From NCBI GenBank assembly GCA_964354215.1, contig CAYGYT010000001.1, forward strand, positions 146,054 through 210,053: a DNA stretch of 64,000 nucleotides, in the 5' to 3' direction. This DNA is from an uncultured Eubacteriales bacterium. GTDB lineage: Bacteria > Actinomycetota > Coriobacteriia > Anaerosomatales > CAVRZR01. This document shows, piece after piece, positions 1 through 9,063 of this stretch (positions are counted from its first letter, which is position 1; each line of letters opens with the position of its first letter). Below the pieces are notes generated by a model. The model did no database searches. It was not told the DNA's origin and saw only the letters and a program-made list of their open reading frames with translations. Position numbers and translations under genes: made by a program.

Positions 1-1
1 G

Positions 2-2473
2 ATGTTGCTTTCGATTGGGAACATACCGCCGCAGCTCGAAGAAGTGATCCTGCAGATCCGCGCGCGCATCGGCCCCGTTCTCGACAAGGTGATCCTGTGG
101 GGCTCGCTCCTTCTGGCGCTGCTCGTCGGCATGCGGATGTCGGCGTACTGGGTGCCGCTGAGGCTGGCCCTCGCTGCCGTGCCTTTCGGCATCAAAGACC
201 CGCAGTTCGGAAGGGACGTGGGCTTCTTCGTGTTCACGCTGCCGGCCCTGCGCATCATCTCGGACTGGCTGACCAGTATTCTCATCACGACGACCATCGT
301 GACGCTCATAGTCCACGTGCTCGACGGCGCGATCCAACCTTGGGAGAGGCTCCGTGGATTCGCTCCGCACGTGAAGGCGCACCTTTCCGTTCTGCTCGGT
401 CTGATCGTGCTTTCGAAAGCCTTCGCCTACTGGCTCGACATCTGGTCGCTCAACTTCTCGCCGAGGGGGCAGGTCACCGGGGCGTCGTATACCGACGTTC
501 ATGCCCAGCTGCCAGCCCTGCAGATCCTCATCGCGGTCGCCATCGGCGTAGGCATTGCCTTGCTCGTGAACATCAGCTACCAGGGCTGGCGGCTGCCGCT
601 CATCGCGCTTGGCGTGTGGGTGGCGGCGGGCGTGGTCGTCGGAGTCGTCTACCCCGCACTCGTGCAGCAGTTCGTCGTGAGGCCGAACGAGGTCTCGCTC
701 GAAGCTCCCTACATCAAGCGGAACATCCGGTACACACGCATGGGATTCGGGCTCGGTGACGTCATCGGGCGCCCGTTCGCGGCAACCGAGGATCTCACCG
801 CGAAAGACGTCGTCGCCGACAGGGCGACGCTCCAAAACGTGCGCTTGTGGAACCCCGAGATCGTGAAGCAGGGCTTTAGCCAGCTTCAGTCGCTGCGGCC
901 CTACTACGACTTCCCGGATGCGGACATCGACCGCTACACCATCAACGGCAAGCGCCGCCAGGTCCTCGTCGCAGCGCGCGAACTCAACATCGAGAAGCTC
1001 GCGGAGCAGGCCAAGACCTGGGTGAACGAGCACCTCGTCTACACGCATGGGTTCGGCATCGTGATGAGTCCCGTGAACGAAGCCACGACACAAGGGTTGC
1101 CGAGTTTCGTGATCCAGAACATCCCGCCGAAGAGCCTCGACCCGGCTCTCGAGGTCAAGCAGCCGCGCATCTACTTTGGGGAGGACACGCTCGGCTACGT
1201 CATCGTCGACACGGGCATCCGGGAGTTCGACTTCCCGCGAGGCAACGGCAACGCCGAGACTGTCTACACGGGCTCCGCCGGGGTCAAGGTGGGCAGCCTT
1301 GCCCGCCGCATCGCGTGGGCGTTCAGGCTCGGTACGGCGCAGATCCTCTTCAGCAACTACGTGAAGCCCGAGAGTCGCGTCATCTTCGCGCGTGATCTGA
1401 CGACTCGGATCAGTCGGCTCGCCCCCTGGCTCACACTCGAAGACGACCCCTACCCCACGCTCGTCGACGGGCGCGTCGTGTGGATCGTGGATGCCTACAC
1501 GTCGACCGACTACTTCCCGTACTCCGAGCGCCTGCCTGCCGGCTTCAACTACTTGCGCAACTCCGTGAAGATCACGGTGGACGCCTACAACGGCACGGTA
1601 ACCATGTACGGGTTCGATACGCAGGACCCGATCCTCAAGGCGTGGAAGACTGTGTTCCCGACGCTCATCACCAACGCCCGGCGGATCCCCGATGGCGTGC
1701 GGGAGCACTTCCGCTACCCGCAGGGCCTCTTCCGGACGCAGGCCGAGGTCTTTCGCAACTACCACATGACAGACCCACGCGTCTTCTACAACAAGGAAGA
1801 CTCCTGGGACATCCCCACGGTGGGCAGCACGGGCGCCGAGATGGAGCCCTTCTATGTGCTCATGCGCCTTCCCGGACAGCCCGCCGCAGGCTTCCAGATG
1901 ATCTTGCCGTTCACCGCGCGTGGGAAGTCGAACATGATCGGCTGGATGTCGGCGAAGTCCGACCCCGCCGACTACGGCGAGCGCACCGTCTACCAGTTCC
2001 CGAAACAGCGGCTCGTGCTGGGACCGCAGCAGATCAGCGCTCGCATCAACCAGGACGCGAAGATATCCCCGCAGCTCTCGCTATGGAACCAGCGCGGAAG
2101 CCAAGCGATCTTCGGCGACATGCTCGTGATCCCCATCAAGAACTCGATCGTCTATGTGCAGCCGCTCTACCTGCAGGCGGAGAACAACGCCATCCCTGAG
2201 CTGACACGAGTCATCGTCGTGTACTCCGACAAGGTCGAGATGGAGGCCACGCTCGAGGCTGCGCTGCTCAGGGTCTTCGGCGCGGAGGCGCCCTCCACGC
2301 CGACGACTGGCACGCCCACCCCTGCGGCCAGCGCGGCACGGGCACGCAAGCTCTTCGAGGACGCGATCGCCGCGCAGCGCAAGGGCGACTGGGCGGCTTA
2401 CGGACGCGCGATAGACGAGCTCGGCAGGGTTCTGGAGCGGCTCACCACGGTCGAAACGACAGCCACGAAGTAG
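2..2473 (+). CDS. UPF0182 family polytopic membrane protein (5' end cut by window edge)
   Basis: The frame is open from base 2. N-terminal TM helices are followed by family-typical blocks: VYTHGFG, ITVDAYNGTVTMYGFD, YPQGLFRTQ, MIGWMSAKSD, VYQFPK..GPQQ, LWNQRGS, VYVQPLYLQA..PELTRVIVVY. Confidence 0.85.
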   Translation: MLLSIGNIPPQLEEVILQIRARIGPVLDKVILWGSLLLALLVGMRMSAYWVPLRLALAAVPFGIKDPQFGRDVGFFVFTLPALRIISDWLTSILITTTIVTLIVHVLDGAIQPWERLRGFAPHVKAHLSVLLGLIVLSKAFAYWLDIWSLNFSPRGQVTGASYTDVHAQLPALQILIAVAIGVGIALLVNISYQGWRLPLIALGVWVAAGVVVGVVYPALVQQFVVRPNEVSLEAPYIKRNIRYTRMGFGLGDVIGRPFAATEDLTAKDVVADRATLQNVRLWNPEIVKQGFSQLQSLRPYYDFPDADIDRYTINGKRRQVLVAARELNIEKLAEQAKTWVNEHLVYTHGFGIVMSPVNEATTQGLPSFVIQNIPPKSLDPALEVKQPRIYFGEDTLGYVIVDTGIREFDFPRGNGNAETVYTGSAGVKVGSLARRIAWAFRLGTAQILFSNYVKPESRVIFARDLTTRISRLAPWLTLEDDPYPTLVDGRVVWIVDAYTSTDYFPYSERLPAGFNYLRNSVKITVDAYNGTVTMYGFDTQDPILKAWKTVFPTLITNARRIPDGVREHFRYPQGLFRTQAEVFRNYHMTDPRVFYNKEDSWDIPTVGSTGAEMEPFYVLMRLPGQPAAGFQMILPFTARGKSNMIGWMSAKSDPADYGERTVYQFPKQRLVLGPQQISARINQDAKISPQLSLWNQRGSQAIFGDMLVIPIKNSIVYVQPLYLQAENNAIPELTRVIVVYSDKVEMEATLEAALLRVFGAEAPSTPTTGTPTPAASAARARKLFEDAIAAQRKGDWAAYGRAIDELGRVLERLTTVETTATK

Positions 2474-2910
2474 GATCGGGCGCATTCCGCAGGGCGGTTC
2501 GAGCAGCGCGCAAAAGGCCTGCTCAGAGGCTACGAAACGGACAAGCGGCCCCGATTCTGCTACCCTACACGGGTTCTGCAAGGACGCCCGTCAGCGTTCG
2601 GCCGTCAGACGATTGGAACGGCCGAGGGACCTGCGCGACGGGTGTTGGGACACAATCCGATCGGATCGGCCACCGATTCGCCAAAGGCGCGGGGGCGCAG
2701 GCGAACGAACCGAACGAGACCAGCGATAGGTCCACCGCCAAAAAAGCATACGTGCTTCTTCGGCAAATGAGACGACGGCTGTGCCGCTCTCTGTGCCGGA
2801 TGCGAGGCAGCATGCTTGCCGCTTGATCCCACTCCGCTGTCCCGGGCAGTAGTCCGCCCTTCACGCCTCCGTGCCGTCGTCTGCCCTGTTCCCGGCACTC
2901 GGAGGTTTAT

Positions 2911-3579
2911 GTGAGTACGCGTAGGAGAATCGTCAGGACCTCGATCCTCGTCCTGGTCGTTCTCGCCATCGGTTCGATCGGATCGGCCTGCTTCCTCGGC
3001 ACTTCCGCCATCGGGCCGAAGAGAGCGTTCGCTGAGGCGCCAGTATCCGAAACGGGTACGCTCGGCGTCGGCGAGCGCACAGTCGCTCCGCTGACCGCAA
3101 CCGTCACTGCGACGGACAAGGTCGGCGCCGAGCCGTCTGTATCGGCAACCGCTGCGGCCGCCCTTGTGGCACCTGCCATCAAGGTGGTTTCGACGAGCGC
3201 CGAATACACGCGGGCGACGAAGAAGGTCGCGCCGGCGCGAGCGGCCAAGAACGTCGCCGCGATGAGCATCGGTGGCGCCATCACCCGCGGCTGGCAGCGC
3301 GCCAGGTGTTCTTGGTATGGCCCCGGATTCTACGGTCACACGATGGCTGGCGGCGGCAAGCTCAAGCGCAACAGCATGGTGGTTGCGCACCGCAGGCTGC
3401 CGTTCGGCACGCGGATCCAGTTCTGGCACCGTGGCCGTACCGTGACGGCGGTCGTACGCGACCGCGGACCGTTCATCAGCGGCCGCTCGTTCGACCTCGG
3501 ACCGGGCACTGCGAAAGCGCTCGGCTTTGCCGGCGTGGGCACCGTCCGCTACCGGATCCTCGGCAGGAGCAGGAGCTAG
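2911..3579 (+). CDS. RlpA-like double-psi beta-barrel (DPBB) domain protein with N-terminal membrane anchor
   Basis: GTG start sits 5 nt after GGAGG. The C-terminal block is CSWYGPGFYGHTMAGGGKL..MVVAHRRLPFGTRIQF..GRTVTAVVRDRGPFISGRSFDLGPGTAKALG, typical of RlpA/DPBB lytic-transglycosylase-like domains. Confidence 0.7.
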   Translation: MSTRRRIVRTSILVLVVLAIGSIGSACFLGTSAIGPKRAFAEAPVSETGTLGVGERTVAPLTATVTATDKVGAEPSVSATAAAALVAPAIKVVSTSAEYTRATKKVAPARAAKNVAAMSIGGAITRGWQRARCSWYGPGFYGHTMAGGGKLKRNSMVVAHRRLPFGTRIQFWHRGRTVTAVVRDRGPFISGRSFDLGPGTAKALGFAGVGTVRYRILGRSRS

Positions 3580-3710
3580 CGTTCGCTCGACGATTCGAAA
3601 CGAACACCCACATGAGATCTCGTATGGCGCCACGTGTCCGGCGCCATACGTCTTTGGGGTATCTTCATCCAGTGAAGTCCGGAGGGTGTCCCACATGAAG
3701 GAGGGACCCG

Positions 3711-4166
3711 ATGTCGCAGGTGCCCGGCTCGGTTCCTGATTCTCCGCCGATGAGCTCGCTGTACGACGCCGACGCCGCTCCCGATTCGGACGTGGGTGCA
3801 GGAGCGCTGCCGCCCCCGCCGGAACCAGAGCCGGTCTCGGGCGAGAAGGAGGCGCCGCCGCGCCAGAGCGTGATCGATGCGGTCGCGGATCTGCTGCAGT
3901 TCGTCGTCGACTGGCTTCGGCAGGAAGCCGAGGCGGCGGTGCGGGAGAAGGTCGTGCTCCCGCTGCAGAAGCTGGGACTGACGCTCGCCTCCGCGTTCGC
4001 CGCAGCGTTTCTTGCGGCCCTCGGCATCGGCTTCATCGCGGTTGGCATATTCATGCTGCTCGGTGAGTGGCTCACCTATCCCGGCGCGCTGCTTCTCACT
4101 GGCGGCGTGCTCGTTCTCGGCGCGGTCATCTTCGCCGTCATCAAGATGAGGAGCATGCAGAAATGA
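3711..4166 (+). CDS. Holin-X/phage-holin-family-like small membrane protein
   Basis: ATG follows GAAGGAGGG. An acidic/Pro-rich N-terminus is followed by an amphipathic helix and two TM helices. The architecture resembles actinobacterial Holin-X family proteins, but the motif match is weak. Confidence 0.4.
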   Translation: MSQVPGSVPDSPPMSSLYDADAAPDSDVGAGALPPPPEPEPVSGEKEAPPRQSVIDAVADLLQFVVDWLRQEAEAAVREKVVLPLQKLGLTLASAFAAAFLAALGIGFIAVGIFMLLGEWLTYPGALLLTGGVLVLGAVIFAVIKMRSMQK

Positions 4167-4438
4167 GCGCGGACAAGAGCGCAGACATCGAACTCGTGGA
4201 GCCGAAGATCACTATCGACGACGTGAAGCGTCGAGCCGAAGCAGTGAAGGATCTGGCGAAGTCCGAGGCGAAACGCTCGGCGAACGAGCTCATGCACGAA
4301 CGCGCGACTCAGGTCGTGATCGTCGGAGTTGTGGCGGTGGCTACCCTCGCTTCGATTGCGTTCTACCTGGGCACGCGCAGGGGTGCGAGCAAGGTGTCAC
4401 CCGCCCTCCCGCCCTACCACTGCTTCCCGCCCGAGTAG
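4163..4438 (+). CDS. Small C-terminally membrane-anchored hypothetical protein
   Basis: The ATG overlaps the upstream stop (ATGA at 4163..4166). It has a charged helical N-terminus and a single TM (VVIVGVVAVATLASIAFYLG). Confidence 0.4.
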   Translation: MSADKSADIELVEPKITIDDVKRRAEAVKDLAKSEAKRSANELMHERATQVVIVGVVAVATLASIAFYLGTRRGASKVSPALPPYHCFPPE

Positions 4439-4440
4439 GC

Positions 4441-4935
4441 GTGTCGGGGCACCGTTCCGGTTCGCCGTCCGTGCTGCCGCTCGTTCTCGAGCGCGTCGAA
4501 GTCGGCGAATCCGCCGTCGAGGCAGCCGTCCGAGTGACTGAGCCTCGGTGGATGCGCACCTCCGAGGTCCCCGGCTTCGTGGAGTCGGCGCTCCGCATCT
4601 TGCCTGGTTTGGCACGCCATCGCTGCGACTGTGGCACCGCGCACGGGCTCGAGCGCGAACTTGCCGACACAGAGACCCCGCACGCTCTCGAGCACGTCGC
4701 GCTCGAGCTCATGGCGCTTGCGGGCTCGCCACGCGAACTCGGTGGCGAGACGGTGTGGGACTTCGCCGCAGACGGGCGCGGCGTCTTCCGCGTGCGCGTG
4801 GGGTACGACGACGACCTCGTCGCACTCGGTGCGCTCGATCGAGGAGTGCGCTTGGTCAACGCGCTGCTTGTCGGAGCCCCCGCTCCGGACCCTGAGTGTG
4901 ACGCCGCCGAACTGCGGGCCTTGCGCGAGCGATAG
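4441..4935 (+). CDS. Stand-alone cyanophycin-synthetase N-terminal-domain-like protein
   Basis: VPGFVESALRILPGLARHRCD and HALEHVALELMALAG align by eye with the CphA N-domain blocks IPGFYEGL..LPSL..H.CS and GHIVEHVALELQ. No ATP-grasp or Mur-ligase part follows. Confidence 0.5.
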   Translation: MSGHRSGSPSVLPLVLERVEVGESAVEAAVRVTEPRWMRTSEVPGFVESALRILPGLARHRCDCGTAHGLERELADTETPHALEHVALELMALAGSPRELGGETVWDFAADGRGVFRVRVGYDDDLVALGALDRGVRLVNALLVGAPAPDPECDAAELRALRER

Positions 4936-5001
4936 CGCAGGGTGCGACCCGGCCGCCGTCTTGCGGGCGCACGCCAGCCCACGCAGTGTCCCGTCGCCGC
5001 G

Positions 5002-5031
5002 TTGACCCGCGGGAGTTCGCGGTGCTAGAGT
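5002..5031 (+). promoter_or_regulatory. Candidate sigma-A type promoter for the T-box leader
   Basis: TTGACC (5002..5007), an 18 nt spacer, then TAGAGT (5026..5031). It is positioned just upstream of the structured leader. Confidence 0.35.
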
Positions 5032-5039
5032 GGCCCCCA

Positions 5040-5290
5040 ACCTGCGGCGGTTCTCCGCCGCACACACAGCGAGACGTGGACGTGAGGGAAGAGGGCACCA
5101 TTCGCCCAGCCACCCCTCCGGATGTCTCCCGCCAGGGCGGAAGAGCGACGATGCCTCCGGAAGCGGGTCGGCCCGGACCGTTACCCCGGGAATGAGGCTG
5201 CGGACGATGCACAGAGCGTCGGCGGCGAAGATAGGTGGTACCGCGACGACCCCTCGCCCTATCGGCGGAGGGGTCTTGTGTTTTCCGGGG
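5040..5290 (+). promoter_or_regulatory. T-box leader (tRNA-sensing riboswitch) with intrinsic terminator
   Basis: The canonical T-box core AGGTGGTACCGCG lies at 5233..5245. It is followed immediately by the hairpin GACCCCTCGCC / GGCG(G)AGGGGTC (5248..5275) and the T-rich tract TTGTGTTTTCC (5276..5286). The element ends about 30 nt before the aminotransferase start. The specifier codon was not assigned. Confidence 0.7.
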
Positions 5291-5318
5291 CACTCGCGGC
5301 CGCGGGACGTGAAGCGAG

Positions 5319-6599
5319 GTGGGAGCTGTGGGCACAGCCAGGGTCGTGTTCGACAGGTGGGACGGACGCTACGCCGAGAGAATCCGGGACGTGCGCTCGA
5401 GCGCGGTCCGCGACCTGTTCGCCGCAGCGTCGCGCCCGGACGTGATCAGCCTGTCGGGCGGTATGCCCGACGTAGCTCGCGTCCCTGCCTCGGCCGCCGC
5501 CGATGCCGCGCACGACGCGGTCATGCACGAAGGCGCGCAAGCGCTCCAGTACGGCTCCAGCGACGGGCGGGCCCAACTCCGCGACGTGATCGTCGAGCTC
5601 ATGGCCGAGATAGGCGTGAGACTCACGCGCGAAGACCTCATCGTGACCTCGGGCGCGCAGCAGGCGCTCGATCTGCTGGCGAAGACCTTCCTCGACCCTG
5701 GAGACGTCGTGATCGCCGAGGGGCCGACCTACGTGGGCGCGCTGCAGGCGTTCTCGGCGTACCAGCCCCATATCGTCTGCGTGCCGATGGACGACCAGGG
5801 AATGCGCGTCGACCTTCTCGAGCAGGAACTCGTGAAGCTCGGATACCGCGGCGCGAAGTTCATCTACACGGTGCCCAACTTCCAGAACCCCGCTGGCGTG
5901 ACACTCGCCCCTGAGCGTCGCCGCCGGCTGCTCGAGCTCGCGCGCGAATACGACATCCCGGTGATCGAGGACGACCCGTACGGTCGGCTGCGCTTCGGGG
6001 GCGGCCACGCGAAGCCGCTGCGCGCGCTCGATGACGAGGTGATCTACCTCGGCACCTTCAGCAAGATCTTCGCTCCTGGGCTGCGGCTCGGCTGGATCGC
6101 AGCGCCACGGCCGATTCTTGCGAAGGTACTGCTGGTGAAGCAGGCGGCCGACCTCTGTGGCTCGGCGTTCGCGCAAGTGACGGCGGAGCGCTACTTCGCC
6201 GGGACGCGCTGGCGCAAGGTTCTGCAGGGGCTGGTGAAAGCGTACGCCGAGCGGCGCGATGCGATGCTCGCCGCACTCGAAGAGCACTTCCCACCCGAGG
6301 CGCGTTGGACCGTGCCAGAAGGGGGCTTCTTCGTCTGGGTCGAGTTTCCGCAGTTCGTCGATACCGCCACCATGCTTGCCGAAGCTGTCGAGCACGGTGT
6401 GACGTACGTGCCCGGCGACGCATTCTTCCCGGACGGGCGCGGGCGAAACTGTATGAGACTGGCATTCTGCTACGCTGAGCCGGAGGCCATCGCCGAGGGG
6501 ATCCGGCGGCTGGCCGAAGTCATCGAGGACCGTCTCGAGCTCTATCGCGCCTTCATCGCCGCGGGCGCGCTGCCCGAGCGCATCGAGGGAGCCGCGTGA
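5319..6599 (+). CDS. PLP-dependent aminotransferase, class I/II fold (LysN/2-aminoadipate-transaminase-like)
   Basis: Family blocks seen: ISLSGGMPD, LQYG...G, LIVTSGAQQALDL, YTVPNFQNPAGVTL, IEDDPYG.LRF, SKI.APGLRLGW. The SD site is GAGGTGGGAG. Confidence 0.85.
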   Translation: MGAVGTARVVFDRWDGRYAERIRDVRSSAVRDLFAAASRPDVISLSGGMPDVARVPASAAADAAHDAVMHEGAQALQYGSSDGRAQLRDVIVELMAEIGVRLTREDLIVTSGAQQALDLLAKTFLDPGDVVIAEGPTYVGALQAFSAYQPHIVCVPMDDQGMRVDLLEQELVKLGYRGAKFIYTVPNFQNPAGVTLAPERRRRLLELAREYDIPVIEDDPYGRLRFGGGHAKPLRALDDEVIYLGTFSKIFAPGLRLGWIAAPRPILAKVLLVKQAADLCGSAFAQVTAERYFAGTRWRKVLQGLVKAYAERRDAMLAALEEHFPPEARWTVPEGGFFVWVEFPQFVDTATMLAEAVEHGVTYVPGDAFFPDGRGRNCMRLAFCYAEPEAIAEGIRRLAEVIEDRLELYRAFIAAGALPERIEGAA

Positions 6600-6627
6600 T
6601 GCGAGAGACGGAACCGACAGGGGGATC

Positions 6628-7629
6628 GTGGTGAAAGAGAAGATCGCCGTTCTCATGGGCGGGCGTTCCCTCGAGCGCGAGGTCTCGCTCGCGAGTGGCC
6701 GTCGCGTGAGTGCTGCCCTCGAGTCGGCGGGATTCAGGGTGCTCGCGCTTGACGTGACGCCTGACCTGGTAGAAACGCTGAGGCGAGAGCGCCCGGACGC
6801 CGTCTACATCGCGTTGCATGGCAAGTACGGCGAGGACGGTACCATCCAGGAACTGCTCGAGTTCCTCGGCATCCCGTACACGGGGCCGGGGGTGGTCTCT
6901 TCGTACCTTTCGTGGGACAAGTCCGTCGCGAAACACCTCTTCGCCGCGAATGACATCCCCACTCCCGCGTGGATCACGCTCACGGCCGACGCCTTCAAGG
7001 AGATGGGTGCGGCGACCGCGCTCGACCTCATCCCCGGGCAGGTGGGGGGCTTCCCGCTCGTGGTCAAGCCGTCGACGCAGGGCTCTGCCCTCGGTCTCAC
7101 GAAGGTCGAGCGGCCCGACCAGCTCGCCGAAGCATTGCTCACCGCGCTGTCGTTTGCGGATGCCGCGCTTGTCGAGCGCTGGATCGACGGGTGTGAGCTC
7201 GCGGTGTCCGTGCTCGACGGTGCGGACGGGACGCCGTTCGTGCTGCCGCCGGTGGAGATCGTCGCGAAGTCGGGCCTGTTCGACTTCTCGGCTATGTACA
7301 CGCGCGGCGAGACCGACTACTTCGTGCCGGCGCGCCTTGCCGCCGACGTCGAGGAGCTCGTCATACAACTCGCTTCGCGGGTGCACGTCCTGCTCGGCTG
7401 CCGCGATGTGTGCCGCGTCGACATGGTGGTCGACGAGTCCGGTATGCCGTTCGTGCTCGAGTGCAACACATCGCCGGGCATGACCGAGACCTCTCTTCTG
7501 CCTATGGCAGCCGAAGCAGCAGGCCGTTCGTTCGAGGACGTCGTCACGGCGCTCACCGGCGCGGCTCTCAAACGCGTCCAACCTGGTGCCCAGCCGGGCG
7601 CCCCATCGAGCGCCGAATCGGGTACATAG
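6628..7629 (+). CDS. ddl: D-alanine--D-alanine ligase
   Basis: Blocks seen: KIAVLMGGRSLEREVSL.SG, HGKYGEDGTIQELLEFLGIPYTG, DKSVAK, PLVVKPSTQGSALG, CRVD.VVDESG.PFVLECNTSPGMTETS. Confidence 0.9.
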   Translation: MVKEKIAVLMGGRSLEREVSLASGRRVSAALESAGFRVLALDVTPDLVETLRRERPDAVYIALHGKYGEDGTIQELLEFLGIPYTGPGVVSSYLSWDKSVAKHLFAANDIPTPAWITLTADAFKEMGAATALDLIPGQVGGFPLVVKPSTQGSALGLTKVERPDQLAEALLTALSFADAALVERWIDGCELAVSVLDGADGTPFVLPPVEIVAKSGLFDFSAMYTRGETDYFVPARLAADVEELVIQLASRVHVLLGCRDVCRVDMVVDESGMPFVLECNTSPGMTETSLLPMAAEAAGRSFEDVVTALTGAALKRVQPGAQPGAPSSAESGT

Positions 7630-7714
7630 AGTTCTGCATGGTAGTTCCTGCGGTGCCTTTCGCGCGCCGTGGTAGTGCGAGTACGGTCAGACCGGACAAC
7701 GGAGGTGCGTTCGC

Positions 7715-8194
7715 ATGTATGACGATTGGGGACGTCGTGGAGGAAGCCTGCTCGGGGCCTTTCTGCTGGGCGGTGTAATCGGCGCAGTCCTCGGCCTGCT
7801 GTTCGCTCCGCGCTCGGGCAGGGAGACGCGCGAGATGATCTCGGAGAGGGCACAGGATTACTGGGGCGAGGGCGTAGAGATGTACGAGAGCGGTCGCGCG
7901 AAGGTCACGGATCTCTATCAGAGCGGTAGCCAAACCGTCTCTGAGAAGAGCGACGAGCTCAGGGCGAAGATCGACGACGCTCGCGGACGGCTCAAGGAGC
8001 AGGTCGAGAAGACCTCATCGGCGACGAAGAGCAAGATCGCCGACACGATCCCGCAGGCCAAGGAAGCAACCTCCAAAGCGGCCGAGGGCGCAAAGGCCGG
8101 TATCGACACTGCGGCTGCCAAGACGCAGGGCGCTCTCGATTCCGTTGCTGCCAAGGTGACCGAGCCCGCAGGCGAGGCGCCCGCAGAGGCCTAG
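7715..8194 (+). CDS. YtxH domain-containing protein
   Basis: The N-terminal GAFLLGGVIGAVLGLLFAPRSGRETRE motif is followed by a long Ala/Lys/Glu-rich helical region. Confidence 0.65.
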   Translation: MYDDWGRRGGSLLGAFLLGGVIGAVLGLLFAPRSGRETREMISERAQDYWGEGVEMYESGRAKVTDLYQSGSQTVSEKSDELRAKIDDARGRLKEQVEKTSSATKSKIADTIPQAKEATSKAAEGAKAGIDTAAAKTQGALDSVAAKVTEPAGEAPAEA

Positions 8195-8278
8195 AGCGCG
8201 ACTCACCTCGCCTTGGAGAGACGCACGTGAAGGAGCCGGTCCTGGCGGGGCCGGCTCCTGTTCGCTGGAAGGACGCGA

Positions 8279-8983
8279 ATGCCGAGCCTCCGCTCGCTCG
8301 AGGGCCTCGTCGTGTACGACCGCAAAGGCAAGGCGGTCGGCAGGGTGAGCCGCGTTCTGTGTCATCCGAGCGACCCTGTGGTCGTCGGCGTGGAAGTGCA
8401 ACCCCCCAACGTCGCGTACGTCGTGTCCCGCGGGCCGCGCTACATCGCGCTGCAGGGCCTTGAGCTCGGGGAAGACGGGCTCGATGAGGTGGATCTGAAG
8501 GCATGGAGCGGGGGGCGGGCCGAGAAAGAGCTCGGTTTCGAGTGGGAGCAGACCGTCATCTGGATGGGAATGCCGCTCGTGAGCGAGGCGGGCAAGAAGC
8601 TCGGATACGTGAGGGACGCGTCGTTCACGCTGCCTGACGGCCAGCTGGGCGAGGTGCTCATCTCTCAGGGGCTCACGTCAGATGTGGCAGTCGGGACGCG
8701 ACAGTTCGACGGGTCGCTCCTCATCGGATTCGACGGGTCCGCCGTTCGCAGCAAGGACGAGGTGGCGACTGCCGAGTATAGCGGTGGGGCCGCCGCAAAG
8801 GCGGGCGCGAACGTGGGGGTCGCCAAAGTCGTGGTGTCCGAGACGGCGAAGACGGCCGCCGCGGTCGGCGGGAAGGCGATGAAGGCGGCCGCCGAGTCCA
8901 AACCCGCCAAGAGCGCCTGGGCCGTGCTACGCGAGACGGGCAAGGCGTTCCGTGAGGGCATGACCGACGATGACAAGAAGTAG
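8279..8983 (+). CDS. PRC-barrel domain-containing protein
   Basis: There are two PRC-barrel-like segments (L.GLVVYDRKGKAVGRVSRVL; MPLVSEAGKKLGYVRDASF..DGQLGEVLIS), followed by an Ala/Lys-rich tail. Confidence 0.55.
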   Translation: MPSLRSLEGLVVYDRKGKAVGRVSRVLCHPSDPVVVGVEVQPPNVAYVVSRGPRYIALQGLELGEDGLDEVDLKAWSGGRAEKELGFEWEQTVIWMGMPLVSEAGKKLGYVRDASFTLPDGQLGEVLISQGLTSDVAVGTRQFDGSLLIGFDGSAVRSKDEVATAEYSGGAAAKAGANVGVAKVVVSETAKTAAAVGGKAMKAAAESKPAKSAWAVLRETGKAFREGMTDDDKK

Positions 8984-9063
8984 GCGCCATCCCTTCCCAC
9001 CTGCGTTTCTTCGGCCGGGCGAGTATACTGTGAGCGTTTTCCCCCGAATCGGCGGACGGCATC

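Noticed and set aside
5259-6656. A 465-aa minus-strand ORF antisense to the aminotransferase, and a similar 342-aa ORF (6553..7581) antisense to ddl.
   Set aside because: The composition is Arg/Ala/Gly/Glu/His-rich, typical of antisense frames in high-GC DNA. There are no SD sites and no recognisable motifs. The sense strands carry unambiguous aminotransferase and Ddl signatures.
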